Positions 16,801 through 23,788 of a DNA stretch of 53,613 bases are shown piece by piece. The position numbers and the translations under genes were made by a program. Within the stretch, counting starts at the first letter, position 1, and each line of letters starts with the position of its first letter. The stretch spans positions 1 to 53,613 of the IMG/VR virus record IMGVR_UViG_3300042868_001142; one strand, given 5' to 3'. Source of the DNA: a virus (taxonomy: Duplodnaviria > Caudoviricetes). The notes under the pieces were generated by a model. That model was not told the DNA's origin and ran no database searches. It saw nothing but the letters and a program-made list of their open reading frames with translations.

Positions 16801-18688
16801 AGAACCCACCGGCCAACTGGCCAGCCCCGGACGCTGCACGGCTTACAGGAGCCTCTGACCTGAACGGCAGGCGCTTCTCAATGTCCTCTGACGTTGGCAG
16901 GAATGTCGGGGAATCCTTGCCGGTGATCAACTCATACGGCAGCCGGGCAAATGACTCGATGTCGCCAGGAGCACCAAGCACGCCAGAGACAAAGCCACGA
17001 GCCAGATCCACCGGCACATTTTTGGCAGCCTCGGGATCTTGCTTGCTGCGGCGAGGCTTCATCTGCGGGAAGACGCCAAAGGCAGCGCCACCCTTGTCCA
17101 TGTGGACATCACCACCAGCGGCCTCGTTCAGGTCGGGCTTGTTGGTGTCGTATGTCCCCTTGTTGCCGATGGCCGACTTGACCGCACCCGGCTTGTAGGA
17201 CACCACCTCGCTCAGGTCGCCGTCGCGGTACTGCATCAGGCCATCGTAGCCGGCCGCTCGGGCGCGGGACTCCACCTCTTTGCCGATGTAGCCTTTGTTC
17301 TCGTAGGCCCGCTCCACCATACTGGCGGCCTTGTCCTCATCGATCCCGAGCTTGATCAGCGCCTCGATCATCGGGTCGCCCTTGCCCTCGATGACCAGCG
17401 GGTTCTTGATCTGGGCATAGACCGGCAGCATGTTGCCGCCCACCTGACCCTCACGGATTGTGCCGCTGGCACGGTCAGCCATGAACTGGTCAGCCATGCT
17501 CTTTGCAGATGGATGACCCGCCATCAGGGAGATCGCCTCATCGTTAGGGATGCCGCTGTAGCCGCTTGCCTGCGCTGCTTTCGGCGTCAGGTAGGTGCCT
17601 GAGCCGAGCGATCCCTCTTTGCTGGGCCTGATGTTTCGGATGGCCTCAGCGCCCTTGCCGCCCTCGGTGGCCGTCGTGCCGTGATACAGGCGCATGGGCG
17701 TCTTGCTCTCAGCCAGCATCTTCTGAAGGTTGGCCTCACGTTGGGCAGCAGGAAGCACCTCCTGCGTTCCCTTGAGGCTCTTGAGCAGCCTAGAGATACC
17801 ACCAGCCTGCATCCCAACCTCACCGCCCTCGGCGTAGATGTCAGGCAGCCGAAGAACATTAATGTTGTCCTCACCAATAACCATTCGGTCTTTCAGGTCA
17901 AGCTCTTTGCGTAGTGCCTCAATGAACTCCTCCCTAGAACGACGGGGAAGCTCTTCACGCAAGCCGCCACTCGGATAAATGTTGACCAAGCTCGATGGCT
18001 CACCCATTTCCGCCAGAGCGCGACTTCTGTGCCTGCCCTCATGACCCCTCACATTCGGAAACATCGGTAGGCCAGTTTCATCCTTGTAAAGGGTGAGATA
18101 TGGCACCTCATCAAACCCGCCTTGCACTCGCATCAGGTGCTGGATGTACTCATCGGTTGGAACGGTGTACTTGTCAATTTGTCCCCGCTTTGCCAGTTCA
18201 GCCGCCTTGGGGCCAATGTCAGCGCGAGTGCGCTCTTCAAGTTTTTTGGCAAACTTCTCAAAGTCGGCAGGGTTCATGGTCACCAAAGCCTTGGCGTTGT
18301 CGCCAAGAAACAACTCTCTGAGCGCCTCCGGCTTGTACAGCCTTTCAATGTTCTTGACCTCGTCAGCAGCGCGTTGCAATCGCTTTGCGCCGTACTGCCC
18401 AGACTTTTGAGCCACCTCAGCCTGAAACTCACTGAGCCTGCTTGGAACAACGACAGCGGGGGCTTCTTTGGCGGTCTTGGCGGCTTTGAGCAGCTTGGAG
18501 ATCCCTCCAACCTGCATGTGAACGTCACCACCCTCAGCGTACTGCTTGACCTTGCGATCCCACACATGCTCCCGCCCCTTGTACTGGAGCGGAACACCAC
18601 CACCAGCCATCGCCCATTCCTGAAAAGACTGCTTCTTGGAAACCGAATCGGTTCCGCTTGGCTTTGACTTGGGTTTATTGATGGCCAT
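13880..18688 (-). CDS. Polyvalent multidomain protein (ParB-like, ADP-ribosyltransferase, PcfJ-like and unknown domains) with GG linkers
   Basis: GHEGRHR; YHGT...GSGTYLT...GYDG...EVV...KSAIGN.G.YD; EGETMGHCVGGY...IFSLRD..G.PHVTVE...QIKGKQN; AGAAAGG upstream favours start 18688 (track start 18721). Confidence 0.75.
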   Translation of the reverse strand: MAINKPKSKPSGTDSVSKKQSFQEWAMAGGGVPLQYKGREHVWDRKVKQYAEGGDVHMQVGGISKLLKAAKTAKEAPAVVVPSRLSEFQAEVAQKSGQYGAKRLQRAADEVKNIERLYKPEALRELFLGDNAKALVTMNPADFEKFAKKLEERTRADIGPKAAELAKRGQIDKYTVPTDEYIQHLMRVQGGFDEVPYLTLYKDETGLPMFPNVRGHEGRHRSRALAEMGEPSSLVNIYPSGGLREELPRRSREEFIEALRKELDLKDRMVIGEDNINVLRLPDIYAEGGEVGMQAGGISRLLKSLKGTQEVLPAAQREANLQKMLAESKTPMRLYHGTTATEGGKGAEAIRNIRPSKEGSLGSGTYLTPKAAQASGYSGIPNDEAISLMAGHPSAKSMADQFMADRASGTIREGQVGGNMLPVYAQIKNPLVIEGKGDPMIEALIKLGIDEDKAASMVERAYENKGYIGKEVESRARAAGYDGLMQYRDGDLSEVVSYKPGAVKSAIGNKGTYDTNKPDLNEAAGGDVHMDKGGAAFGVFPQMKPRRSKQDPEAAKNVPVDLARGFVSGVLGAPGDIESFARLPYELITGKDSPTFLPTSEDIEKRLPFRSEAPVSRAASGAGQLAGGFYLGPGSPLRAVGALPGAIKHGAQEFAKASAAAAPRVIKPKGGNWLTGSIEKNLKPLKTRLAEAADQNIGFGQGMSFRELREQDALNQWIDRNLTSYVKNEMATPQDPVRLMIDKRQVEIEGKYAKDEERAQKMADRAAAETDPRRKANLTRQAQTMMNEAKSEYEIALNHIFHIAPDQVGINNIAAPRFRRQNKTEQLGISGAAKAWEDATDVAITPRSVKELIDPSYQKQNSISGNIAEAESKKEQYPWLEKLDPESKVYSLERNFDPSNFGFDHIMDVLRQDVAAGRIAPEQLSKVSMEQAVRRTSEFDQEMAKKMREAQIKMTEGMPVHKEYPEGYKWIELAPPKDLTGGVTLEPKAGGFDIVGPNGEDIGWAKTKAEAIRISGQHKALEDALKYEGETMGHCVGGYCPDVLEGKSRIFSLRDAKGEPHVTVEAQPHNPNLESRYAKENLPDLYAKYSENRNKYFNSWPEFLKAEAPELLNATENKIVQIKGKQNRAPNEQYLPFVQDFVRGGKWSDVGDLGNTGLYSSKDIVNFMPESFVATKAERDAAFEKAKAAGRIQPYMTRAEWEDALKSQMPPPTPGPSMDFLNEMAGRPPEGMKAGGPVKMARGGAMKEVLKKLLKPGADTAAQEVTAAERAAAGRKAAELIKSQPPVKASEALGQAMEKGFKKTTTTQADRTRVGGGNIGGAPFSAISEVDPAYAGKVWGVMDEGTAARLKNLTDPETAWTTMLGSANQLKTNPIVFDKLKKGFLESMKAGNLSPELEAKINHNLALTFGEGAQIRDPKIWKEADTFEKRAALADLMMGQGIAPGKGGVALGGEKSGKGVIFKPTDILKRETEPGLLHPEHGGSAPTFAAGPRLFKMDPMSEYRPDLHPGFPTLISGKDLGVNMIPTPTEVYLPEWHSRFKKANPDRKGPGYYDLALGVKGEGLPSQELNNPYIRHLIREGFKAGGTVSGLSTVNKLCGCHD
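18641..18653. promoter_or_regulatory. Palindrome AACCGAATCGGTT, operator-like
   Basis: perfect 6+1+6 inverted repeat; same core at 21637..21651. Confidence 0.35.
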
Positions 18689-18736
18689 GCTCGTCGCCTT
18701 TCTGAGGTATGACGCCATCATAAACGGTGAGCTGTG

Positions 18737-18940
18737 TCAAGTCCATCCTTTGAAGTCTCTGAGAATCTGGGGCATCTCGCGGTATCCCCGGCAGTGCTCA
18801 AGGAAGTGACCCACCTGATCGGGGATCTCCTTGTCAACGTAAGGGTAGTCCTTGCACCAGATGTCAAGCAAGATCTGCTGACCCTTGGTCAATCCTTGCT
18901 CGTCACTAATCTCGTCAAGCCACTCTCTTGTTACCTGCAT
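18737..18940 (-). CDS. Small hypothetical protein
   Basis: 67 aa with SD-like AGAGG. Confidence 0.55.
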   Translation of the reverse strand: MQVTREWLDEISDEQGLTKGQQILLDIWCKDYPYVDKEIPDQVGHFLEHCRGYREMPQILRDFKGWT

Positions 18941-19194
18941 TTGATGCCTCTGGTGGTGAATGTTTGAGCAAAGCGTAGCCTTACCGTGGTCAAGACCAAA
19001 GTTCGCTCTACGCCTCGACGATCCTCTGTATGGAGCCAGTCGTCGCTTACGCTATCCCAGACTTGTTTCAACCGCCCGGCTCTGGGAATTCGCCCACCGC
19101 CCCTGCTATGGCTTGCTCGTGTCACAGGGTTTTTTAAGACTCCACCACCGACGTGCCGCATGATGTCCGAGTCACCGAAGAAAAGTCCAGACGT

Positions 19195-19317
19195 AAAAAA
19201 GCCGCTTACAACTGCGCCCGGTCGGAGCCTTGCCAAATGACCCTCCCACAGAGAGCATTTGGTAAGGCGGGACGCATGTGTAAACGGCCTCAATTTCGTC
19301 GCCTCCGACAGCAACGA
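19195..19317 (-). ncRNA. Structured RNA resembling c4/CI-type antisense elements
   Basis: 88-nt interrupted hairpin 19201..19288 ending in U6; upstream 8-bp hairpin 19296..19317 whose GUCGGAG is complementary to a bulged CUCCGAC. Confidence 0.55.
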
Positions 19318-19338
19318 CTTGTTTGTACCACAGCCAGA

Positions 19339-20757
19339 TCAGATTGCATAGGGGTTAACCCTTCTGACACGTCCGGTATCTGCAAAGTCGTCCTCATCCC
19401 AGTCCTCATCAGGCGGCGGGTCGATGTCCAGCCACCCGGCATCCCGCAGATACCGCAGGGCCTGGGTGCAGGCGTCCACGAGGTCGTCGTGGGTCGTCTC
19501 AGGGAAGCTACAGATCTGGCTGACGAAGCCCTCGGCCCAGTCCTTGACGTAGCCCTTCCTGTGGTCAGACTCAGGAATCCACACCCGGCCACGGGCGATC
19601 ACGTTGGACACAATGTTGAGGCGCTGCATCTTGTCAGCCCTGCCAGGGTTGTACGCCCTCACGGGCAGGTGGGCACGCTGCAAGTCTTGGATCAGCGAGA
19701 TGCCAGCCGACTTGTCCTCGATCAACAGCAGGTCCACCCGCTTCCTGTCCTTGCCCTCACCGAAAATGGTCTCGTACTCCTCAATGACCTTGGGACGCAA
19801 GTCAGGGTATTGCAGCCTCTCCTGCCAGCAGTCGATCACCATGGCGCTCATAGGCCCGTCCTGGGGCTTGAAAACGCCAAAGGTGATCGAGGCCGTCGGA
19901 TCGTTCTGCACCTTCTCGCTGGTGGCAACGTCATACGATTGCAGGATGTACTCAAACCTGGGGAAGGGACGCCCTGCTGGCCAGAGCTTGAACATCTCCC
20001 GCTTGACGATGCCGCCCTCTTCGGGGTCGATGATCTCAGCGTAGATCTCCTGCCTGCCCAGCTTCGTGCCCTCGTAGGCCAGGATCTGCTTCCTGAAGTT
20101 GTCGGACAAGTTCTTGAGGTTGGCGTAAGTGGAGGCGGTGGTCAGCACCACATCGTCACCCTCCCGGCCCATCAGATCAATGATCAGATCCTTCGGCCTG
20201 GGCGTGGTCGTGACAATCATGCGGGTGCGCTTGCCCAGGCGCATGCCGAATTGGATCTGGTCCCAGGCTTCTTGGATGTACTCCCAGGCGGCAAGCTCGT
20301 CGCACCATCCACCGTGGAACTGCGGCCCCCGGAAGCGCTCAGGCTCGGATGCGGGGATGCCCTTGATCAGCGATCCGTTGGTCAGGCGCAGTTCGTGCGC
20401 GGTCTTGTTGTAGTCGGCCACCAGTGACTTAGGGATGATCGTCATCAAGCCAGAGTCACCCTCAAAGCAGGTAGCCCTCACGTCAGCCGACGTAGGAGCC
20501 GCCACAAGCCATCGAGTCCCAGGCTGCTCATACGCCCACCAAGCAATCTGCTCCGCCGCTGTACGGGTCTTGCCAGCCCCACGGCCAGCCAGCATCAGCC
20601 AGATCGACCACCAGTCCCCAGGCGGGAGAGTCTGGTGGGCATGCTGCGTGGAGAACCAACTCATCCTCCAGGCCCACGCAAGCCGGTACTCAGGGCTGGC
20701 CAGCGCGAGATACTTCTGCGTCTGGGGGTCAGCCATGACCTCGGCCATGTCACTCAT
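19339..20757 (-). CDS. terL: Terminase large subunit, module L
   Basis: Walker A AGRGAGKT, Walker B GWCDE, TTTP, nuclease SYD...IEDK...HDDLVDA. Confidence 0.93.
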   Translation of the reverse strand: MSDMAEVMADPQTQKYLALASPEYRLAWAWRMSWFSTQHAHQTLPPGDWWSIWLMLAGRGAGKTRTAAEQIAWWAYEQPGTRWLVAAPTSADVRATCFEGDSGLMTIIPKSLVADYNKTAHELRLTNGSLIKGIPASEPERFRGPQFHGGWCDELAAWEYIQEAWDQIQFGMRLGKRTRMIVTTTPRPKDLIIDLMGREGDDVVLTTASTYANLKNLSDNFRKQILAYEGTKLGRQEIYAEIIDPEEGGIVKREMFKLWPAGRPFPRFEYILQSYDVATSEKVQNDPTASITFGVFKPQDGPMSAMVIDCWQERLQYPDLRPKVIEEYETIFGEGKDRKRVDLLLIEDKSAGISLIQDLQRAHLPVRAYNPGRADKMQRLNIVSNVIARGRVWIPESDHRKGYVKDWAEGFVSQICSFPETTHDDLVDACTQALRYLRDAGWLDIDPPPDEDWDEDDFADTGRVRRVNPYAI

Positions 20758-21352
20758 TCGCGTCCACTTGCTTGGTCAGCTCAATGTTCTTGAGGAGAGT
20801 CGCTAGATAAGTGTCGGCCTCGGACTGGACCTCAATCCTCAGCGGGTTCTCAGCGTCACCACCCAAAGCCAGCTTGTCGCCGTACTTCTTCGGCTTGAGC
20901 TTCATGGCCGTCCACTTGCGGGCGTCAATCCGCTGCTTCTGGTAGGCCACATACCCCGAGTCAATCTTGATGTCGAGCACATTCCCCTCGCTGTCCCGGA
21001 TCTCGTTGGTGCGCGGGTTTTCGTCGGAAATCGCAATGATTTCGTCGGCCAACGTGTCAGCCTGTTCTTCACGGGCGCGTGCGTATTTGTCGCAGAAGGC
21101 GGGTTGCTCCAACAACCACCGGTAAACAGTCGCCCTATTTGGCATCCCCTCTGTCTTCACGATCTCCTTCAGGCTCTCCCCCTCAGCCAACCGTATGCAG
21201 ATGATGTCAGCCATCTGTGTGGTGTAGGTTGACCTGCCTACCTGCTTTGGAGCCTTAGAGACGTTTTCTTGTGTGGCAGCACCCTTGGCCTTAGTCTTAG
21301 GCTTCGGGGCTGCTGTAGCTCGTTTTGATGGCTTTGCGGCGGTTTCTGGCAT
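20750..21352 (-). CDS. terS: Terminase small subunit, module L (Sf6 gp1-like)
   Basis: ICIRLAEGESL..I...MP.RATVYRWL, YARAREEQAD, RIDARKW...KL.PKKYG; SD GAGG favours start 21352. Confidence 0.85.
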   Translation of the reverse strand: MPETAAKPSKRATAAPKPKTKAKGAATQENVSKAPKQVGRSTYTTQMADIICIRLAEGESLKEIVKTEGMPNRATVYRWLLEQPAFCDKYARAREEQADTLADEIIAISDENPRTNEIRDSEGNVLDIKIDSGYVAYQKQRIDARKWTAMKLKPKKYGDKLALGGDAENPLRIEVQSEADTYLATLLKNIELTKQVDANE

Positions 21353-21395
21353 GACCGTAGTCCTCGTCCGTTTAGATGAGGCGGATGTTACCAAG

Positions 21396-21611
21396 TTACT
21401 CGCCGTCGAGCGGGTGGCTAATCTGCTCAGGTGGGCGGTACTGCTCAATCTTGGTTCCCTCAGACAACTCACGAACCAGATCATCCTGGGTTGCGACGTG
21501 AATGTTGAACTCGCCGTTTGCAACGTGGCTCAAGGCTTGCTGACGAAGACTGGCTTTAACGAGGCGAGTGCCCTGTTGGCTGCCGTAGACGATGTAGATG
21601 CGTTCTGCCAT
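21396..21611 (-). CDS. Hypothetical protein (MAERIYIV...)
   Basis: SD AGGAG before ATG 21611; upstream of terS. Confidence 0.65.
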   Translation of the reverse strand: MAERIYIVYGSQQGTRLVKASLRQQALSHVANGEFNIHVATQDDLVRELSEGTKIEQYRPPEQISHPLDGE

Positions 21612-21636
21612 TTTGGCTCTCCTGTTTGTTTTGAGT

Positions 21637-21651
21637 AAACCGATTCGGTTT
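21637..21651. promoter_or_regulatory. Palindrome AAACCGATTCGGTTT upstream of the module-L packaging operon
   Basis: perfect 7+1+7 inverted repeat in an intergenic gap. Confidence 0.4.
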
Positions 21652-21706
21652 CTTTTCGCTTCCCAATCGCTTTGCGTAATAGCTTGCACCATGCAAAAGC
21701 GTGGTC

Positions 21707-21949
21707 TTATTTTACTTCAGAGTTAACCGGGTGTGGGCAGTTTTCTGGAGGAATTACAACGCACCAGACAGCGCTGTACTGCCCACGGTCTGGCCCCACC
21801 CAACGGTCAATGTAGGCATCTGGCATGGCATCAAGTATGCGACTCAGTGAGTCAGCCTCAACTTGCACTTGTACTGTGATCTGCTTTGTTGTTAAACCGT
21901 CTGCGTTGTCGCGCAGCACCTTGCGAACGAGGTCGTGCTTAGACTTCAT
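21707..21949 (-). CDS. Hypothetical protein, possible winged HTH
   Basis: VLR...DGLT...MPDAYIDRW...AVWCVV.PPENCP.P; ATGA coupling. Confidence 0.65.
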   Translation of the reverse strand: MKSKHDLVRKVLRDNADGLTTKQITVQVQVEADSLSRILDAMPDAYIDRWVGPDRGQYSAVWCVVIPPENCPHPVNSEVK

Positions 21950-22092
21950 GCTTGTCCCCTTGATTGATGGTGCGGATACCCAATGGGTAAGTCAGTGCCG
22001 CATCGTCCACACCTGTCGTGTGTAACCTCCCAATCGGTTATGCAACTGATGGTGTTGCGGTGTCCAAAAATCCAGCAAAGAAGTTTTTTCAT
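21946..22092 (-). CDS. Small Cys/His protein, DUF1660-like (48 aa, not in the ORF track)
   Basis: MKKLLCWIFGH...CGRCG...RGQA; ATGA-coupled at both ends. Confidence 0.6.
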   Translation of the reverse strand: MKKLLCWIFGHRNTISCITDWEVTHDRCGRCGTDLPIGYPHHQSRGQA

Positions 22093-22487
22093 GCTTGCCC
22101 CCTTGCTCGGATGGCGTGAGCGCAGTCAGCAGGCGTGGGCCATTTGCAGCATTCAGTGCCTTCTGCTTCTTGTTCCATGTGGTCGCATATCTTGGCGCAT
22201 TGCTCACGCTCGGCAAGCACAGCCTCATTAATGCGCTTGATCCAAAGCTCTGCACGTTTAAAACCAATCTCACGCTCAAGTTCCTCAAGCAAGCCCTCTA
22301 TCGTGTCGCCGTGGCCCGTGGCGTAGCCCTGCGCCATCATCCATGTGGCCAGCTTGTTGCGCTCGGCAGCACGGACAAGGGCGGCGAAGCGTTGAAGGTC
22401 TTCATCAATGCCTGTCACGCGCAGCAAGAAGCCGTGCTCCAGATTGAACCCGGCCTCTTGCGCCCATTTGATGATGTCTTCTTTCAT
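22089..22487 (-). CDS. Hypothetical phage protein
   Basis: LQRFAALVRAAER...AEREQCAKIC...AIRARG; ATGA-coupled start at 22487. Confidence 0.7.
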   Translation of the reverse strand: MKEDIIKWAQEAGFNLEHGFLLRVTGIDEDLQRFAALVRAAERNKLATWMMAQGYATGHGDTIEGLLEELEREIGFKRAELWIKRINEAVLAEREQCAKICDHMEQEAEGTECCKWPTPADCAHAIRARGQA

Positions 22488-22738
22488 TTCAAAAACCCCA
22501 CGATCTGCTCGTACACGCCGTTGCGGGCGCTGTTGTCTGTCTCGTACTTGGTCCATCCTGCGTAGCGCATCTCTGTCTCTGCGCGGCGCAGCAGGTCAAA
22601 CGCTCGGTCAGAGTCTTTCACAATTGCATCTATCTCAGTCTGGTGCGACTGCTTGAGGGCTTTGGTCAATGGGCTGTCCAGCCAAGCGTGGTAGTCGGCT
22701 GTTGAAAGTTTCTGGTGCATGTTGTGATCTCCGCTCAT
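22484..22738 (-). CDS. Hypothetical protein
   Basis: 84 aa, ATGA coupling at both ends. Confidence 0.6.
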   Translation of the reverse strand: MSGDHNMHQKLSTADYHAWLDSPLTKALKQSHQTEIDAIVKDSDRAFDLLRRAETEMRYAGWTKYETDNSARNGVYEQIVGFLK

Positions 22739-22935
22739 GATGGTTTCCTTTCTCCGCGCTCAAATGCCTCGCGGTTATCTGCGCTGTTATGGATGGCAAG
22801 AAAATCAACAGGGTCAATTTCTGGGTTACACCAGCAGCTTGGCAGCAGCTCGTGTTCGCGTAGATCGGCTACCGGCACAATGTGTTGTACAAAATTGCCA
22901 GCCTCGGATGGGAAACCAATAAGTCTCCAGCTCAT
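22735..22935 (-). CDS. Hypothetical protein with an H/C cluster (putative Zn binding)
   Basis: HIVP..DLREH...CWCNP...HNS.D.RE. Confidence 0.65.
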   Translation of the reverse strand: MSWRLIGFPSEAGNFVQHIVPVADLREHELLPSCWCNPEIDPVDFLAIHNSADNREAFERGERKPS

Positions 22936-23141
22936 GCTTGCCCCCTTGCCTTGAGCATGGCGTCGGCCAGTCCGTATGCGTTGTCAGCAATGATCTGGGC
23001 ATACTTCGGGCCGCAGTCGATGTCAGTGGCTAACAACCCCTGCATCACCCTTGCAGCAAAGTAATCGCGCAGGGTCATGCCCGCCGTCACCGGCTGGTGC
23101 AGATGCTCGATGGTGTGTGGGAAGGCGTATTCGTTGCTCAT
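22932..23141 (-). CDS. Hypothetical phage protein (GMTLRDYFAA family)
   Basis: AFP...GMTLRDYFAA..MQG...AY.LADAML.AR. Confidence 0.75.
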   Translation of the reverse strand: MSNEYAFPHTIEHLHQPVTAGMTLRDYFAARVMQGLLATDIDCGPKYAQIIADNAYGLADAMLKARGQA

Positions 23142-23416
23142 GTGTTCTTCTCCTTAAGGATTGACTCGGCGCTTGTCGCAGCCTGAAGTTTTGTCAGGCA
23201 GGATTGGTTAATCGCCGAGAAGTCTTTCTCCGTCAGCCCGACCCACTGGCGCTGTGCTGGTTGCTTCTCAGCCTCTGCGATGGCGGCGCGTAATTTGCCA
23301 AAAGCAACGACCATTGATGCGTATGCTTTCGCATCTTCTTGACTATCCGATGCGTTGTTGTACGCATCCCACGCATTCAGCGCGGTCTTCATGGCTTCAA
23401 TAGGGTGCTGGCTCAT
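23138..23416 (-). CDS. Hypothetical phage protein
   Basis: WVGLT...LKEKNT C-terminal module; ATGA coupling. Confidence 0.6.
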   Translation of the reverse strand: MSQHPIEAMKTALNAWDAYNNASDSQEDAKAYASMVVAFGKLRAAIAEAEKQPAQRQWVGLTEKDFSAINQSCLTKLQAATSAESILKEKNT

Positions 23417-23507
23417 GATCGTCCTTGGTGGGGTTGAACTTAGCCGGCGCGGCGGGCTGGCCGGGCCGGTCGAGCGGGTTGGGGAAGGGCGGGAACGGCC
23501 AGGTCAT
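23397..23507 (-). CDS. Small Pro-rich protein (36 aa, MTWPFPPFP...)
   Basis: hand translation; ATGA-coupled to 23504..23680. Confidence 0.45.
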   Translation of the reverse strand: MTWPFPPFPNPLDRPGQPAAPAKFNPTKDDHEPAPY

Positions 23508-23680
23508 GCGGTCACCACTTGTTGCAGTGCAGCAATCAGTTCCTTCGCCTGCTCGTGCGTCAGCACGGTGGCGACGTTGCCGTGCCTAACGTACAGGCTC
23601 AGCCACACGGTGTCTTTGTCGTAGCGGTTGACAAAAACATTCGAGCCTTCACGGCCATTGATTTGAAATCCATCGTCCAT
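23504..23680 (-). CDS. Hypothetical protein, first gene of the leftward operon
   Basis: SD GGAG before ATG 23680; L..EQAKELIAAL motif. Confidence 0.6.
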   Translation of the reverse strand: MDDGFQINGREGSNVFVNRYDKDTVWLSLYVRHGNVATVLTHEQAKELIAALQQVVTA

Positions 23681-23710
23681 AGGGTACTCCAGTTGATTGA
23701 GGGAGCCGCG

Positions 23711-23760
23711 ATCATAACGAGTAAAAAACTTTCGCGCAACAACTTTTTTCGTGCTATGAT
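23711..23760. promoter_or_regulatory. Back-to-back sigma70 promoters with overlapping -35 boxes
   Basis: leftward TTGCGC(23739-34)-17nt-TATGAT(23716-11); rightward TCGCGC-17nt-TATGAT(23755-60) with an extended-10 TG. Confidence 0.65.
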
Positions 23761-23788
23761 GGTGGCTCAACAACTACAGGAGCGTACA

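Larger units (their letters stand above)
21946..22949 (-). repeat. Three copies of a gene-junction motif AAGGGG(G/A)CAAGCATGA
   Basis: 21946..21961, 22089..22106 and 22932..22949 (last two identical over 18 bp); encodes RGQA-stop plus SD and the next ATG. Confidence 0.75.

Noticed and set aside
18717-18740. TTGACA...TATGAT promoter for the polyvalent gene
   Set aside because: The spacer is only 12 nt
19201-19288. tRNA gene
   Set aside because: A single long interrupted stem, with no cloverleaf or T-loop consensus
18931-19314. 127-aa minus-strand ORF after terL-L
   Set aside because: Runs through the structured RNA and has no motifs; a shorter version from about 19161 cannot be excluded
23519-23788. 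Long N-terminal extensions in the ORF track (nuclease, SSB, primase, terS-L)
   Set aside because: They overlap promoters or other genes; downstream SD-linked starts fit better
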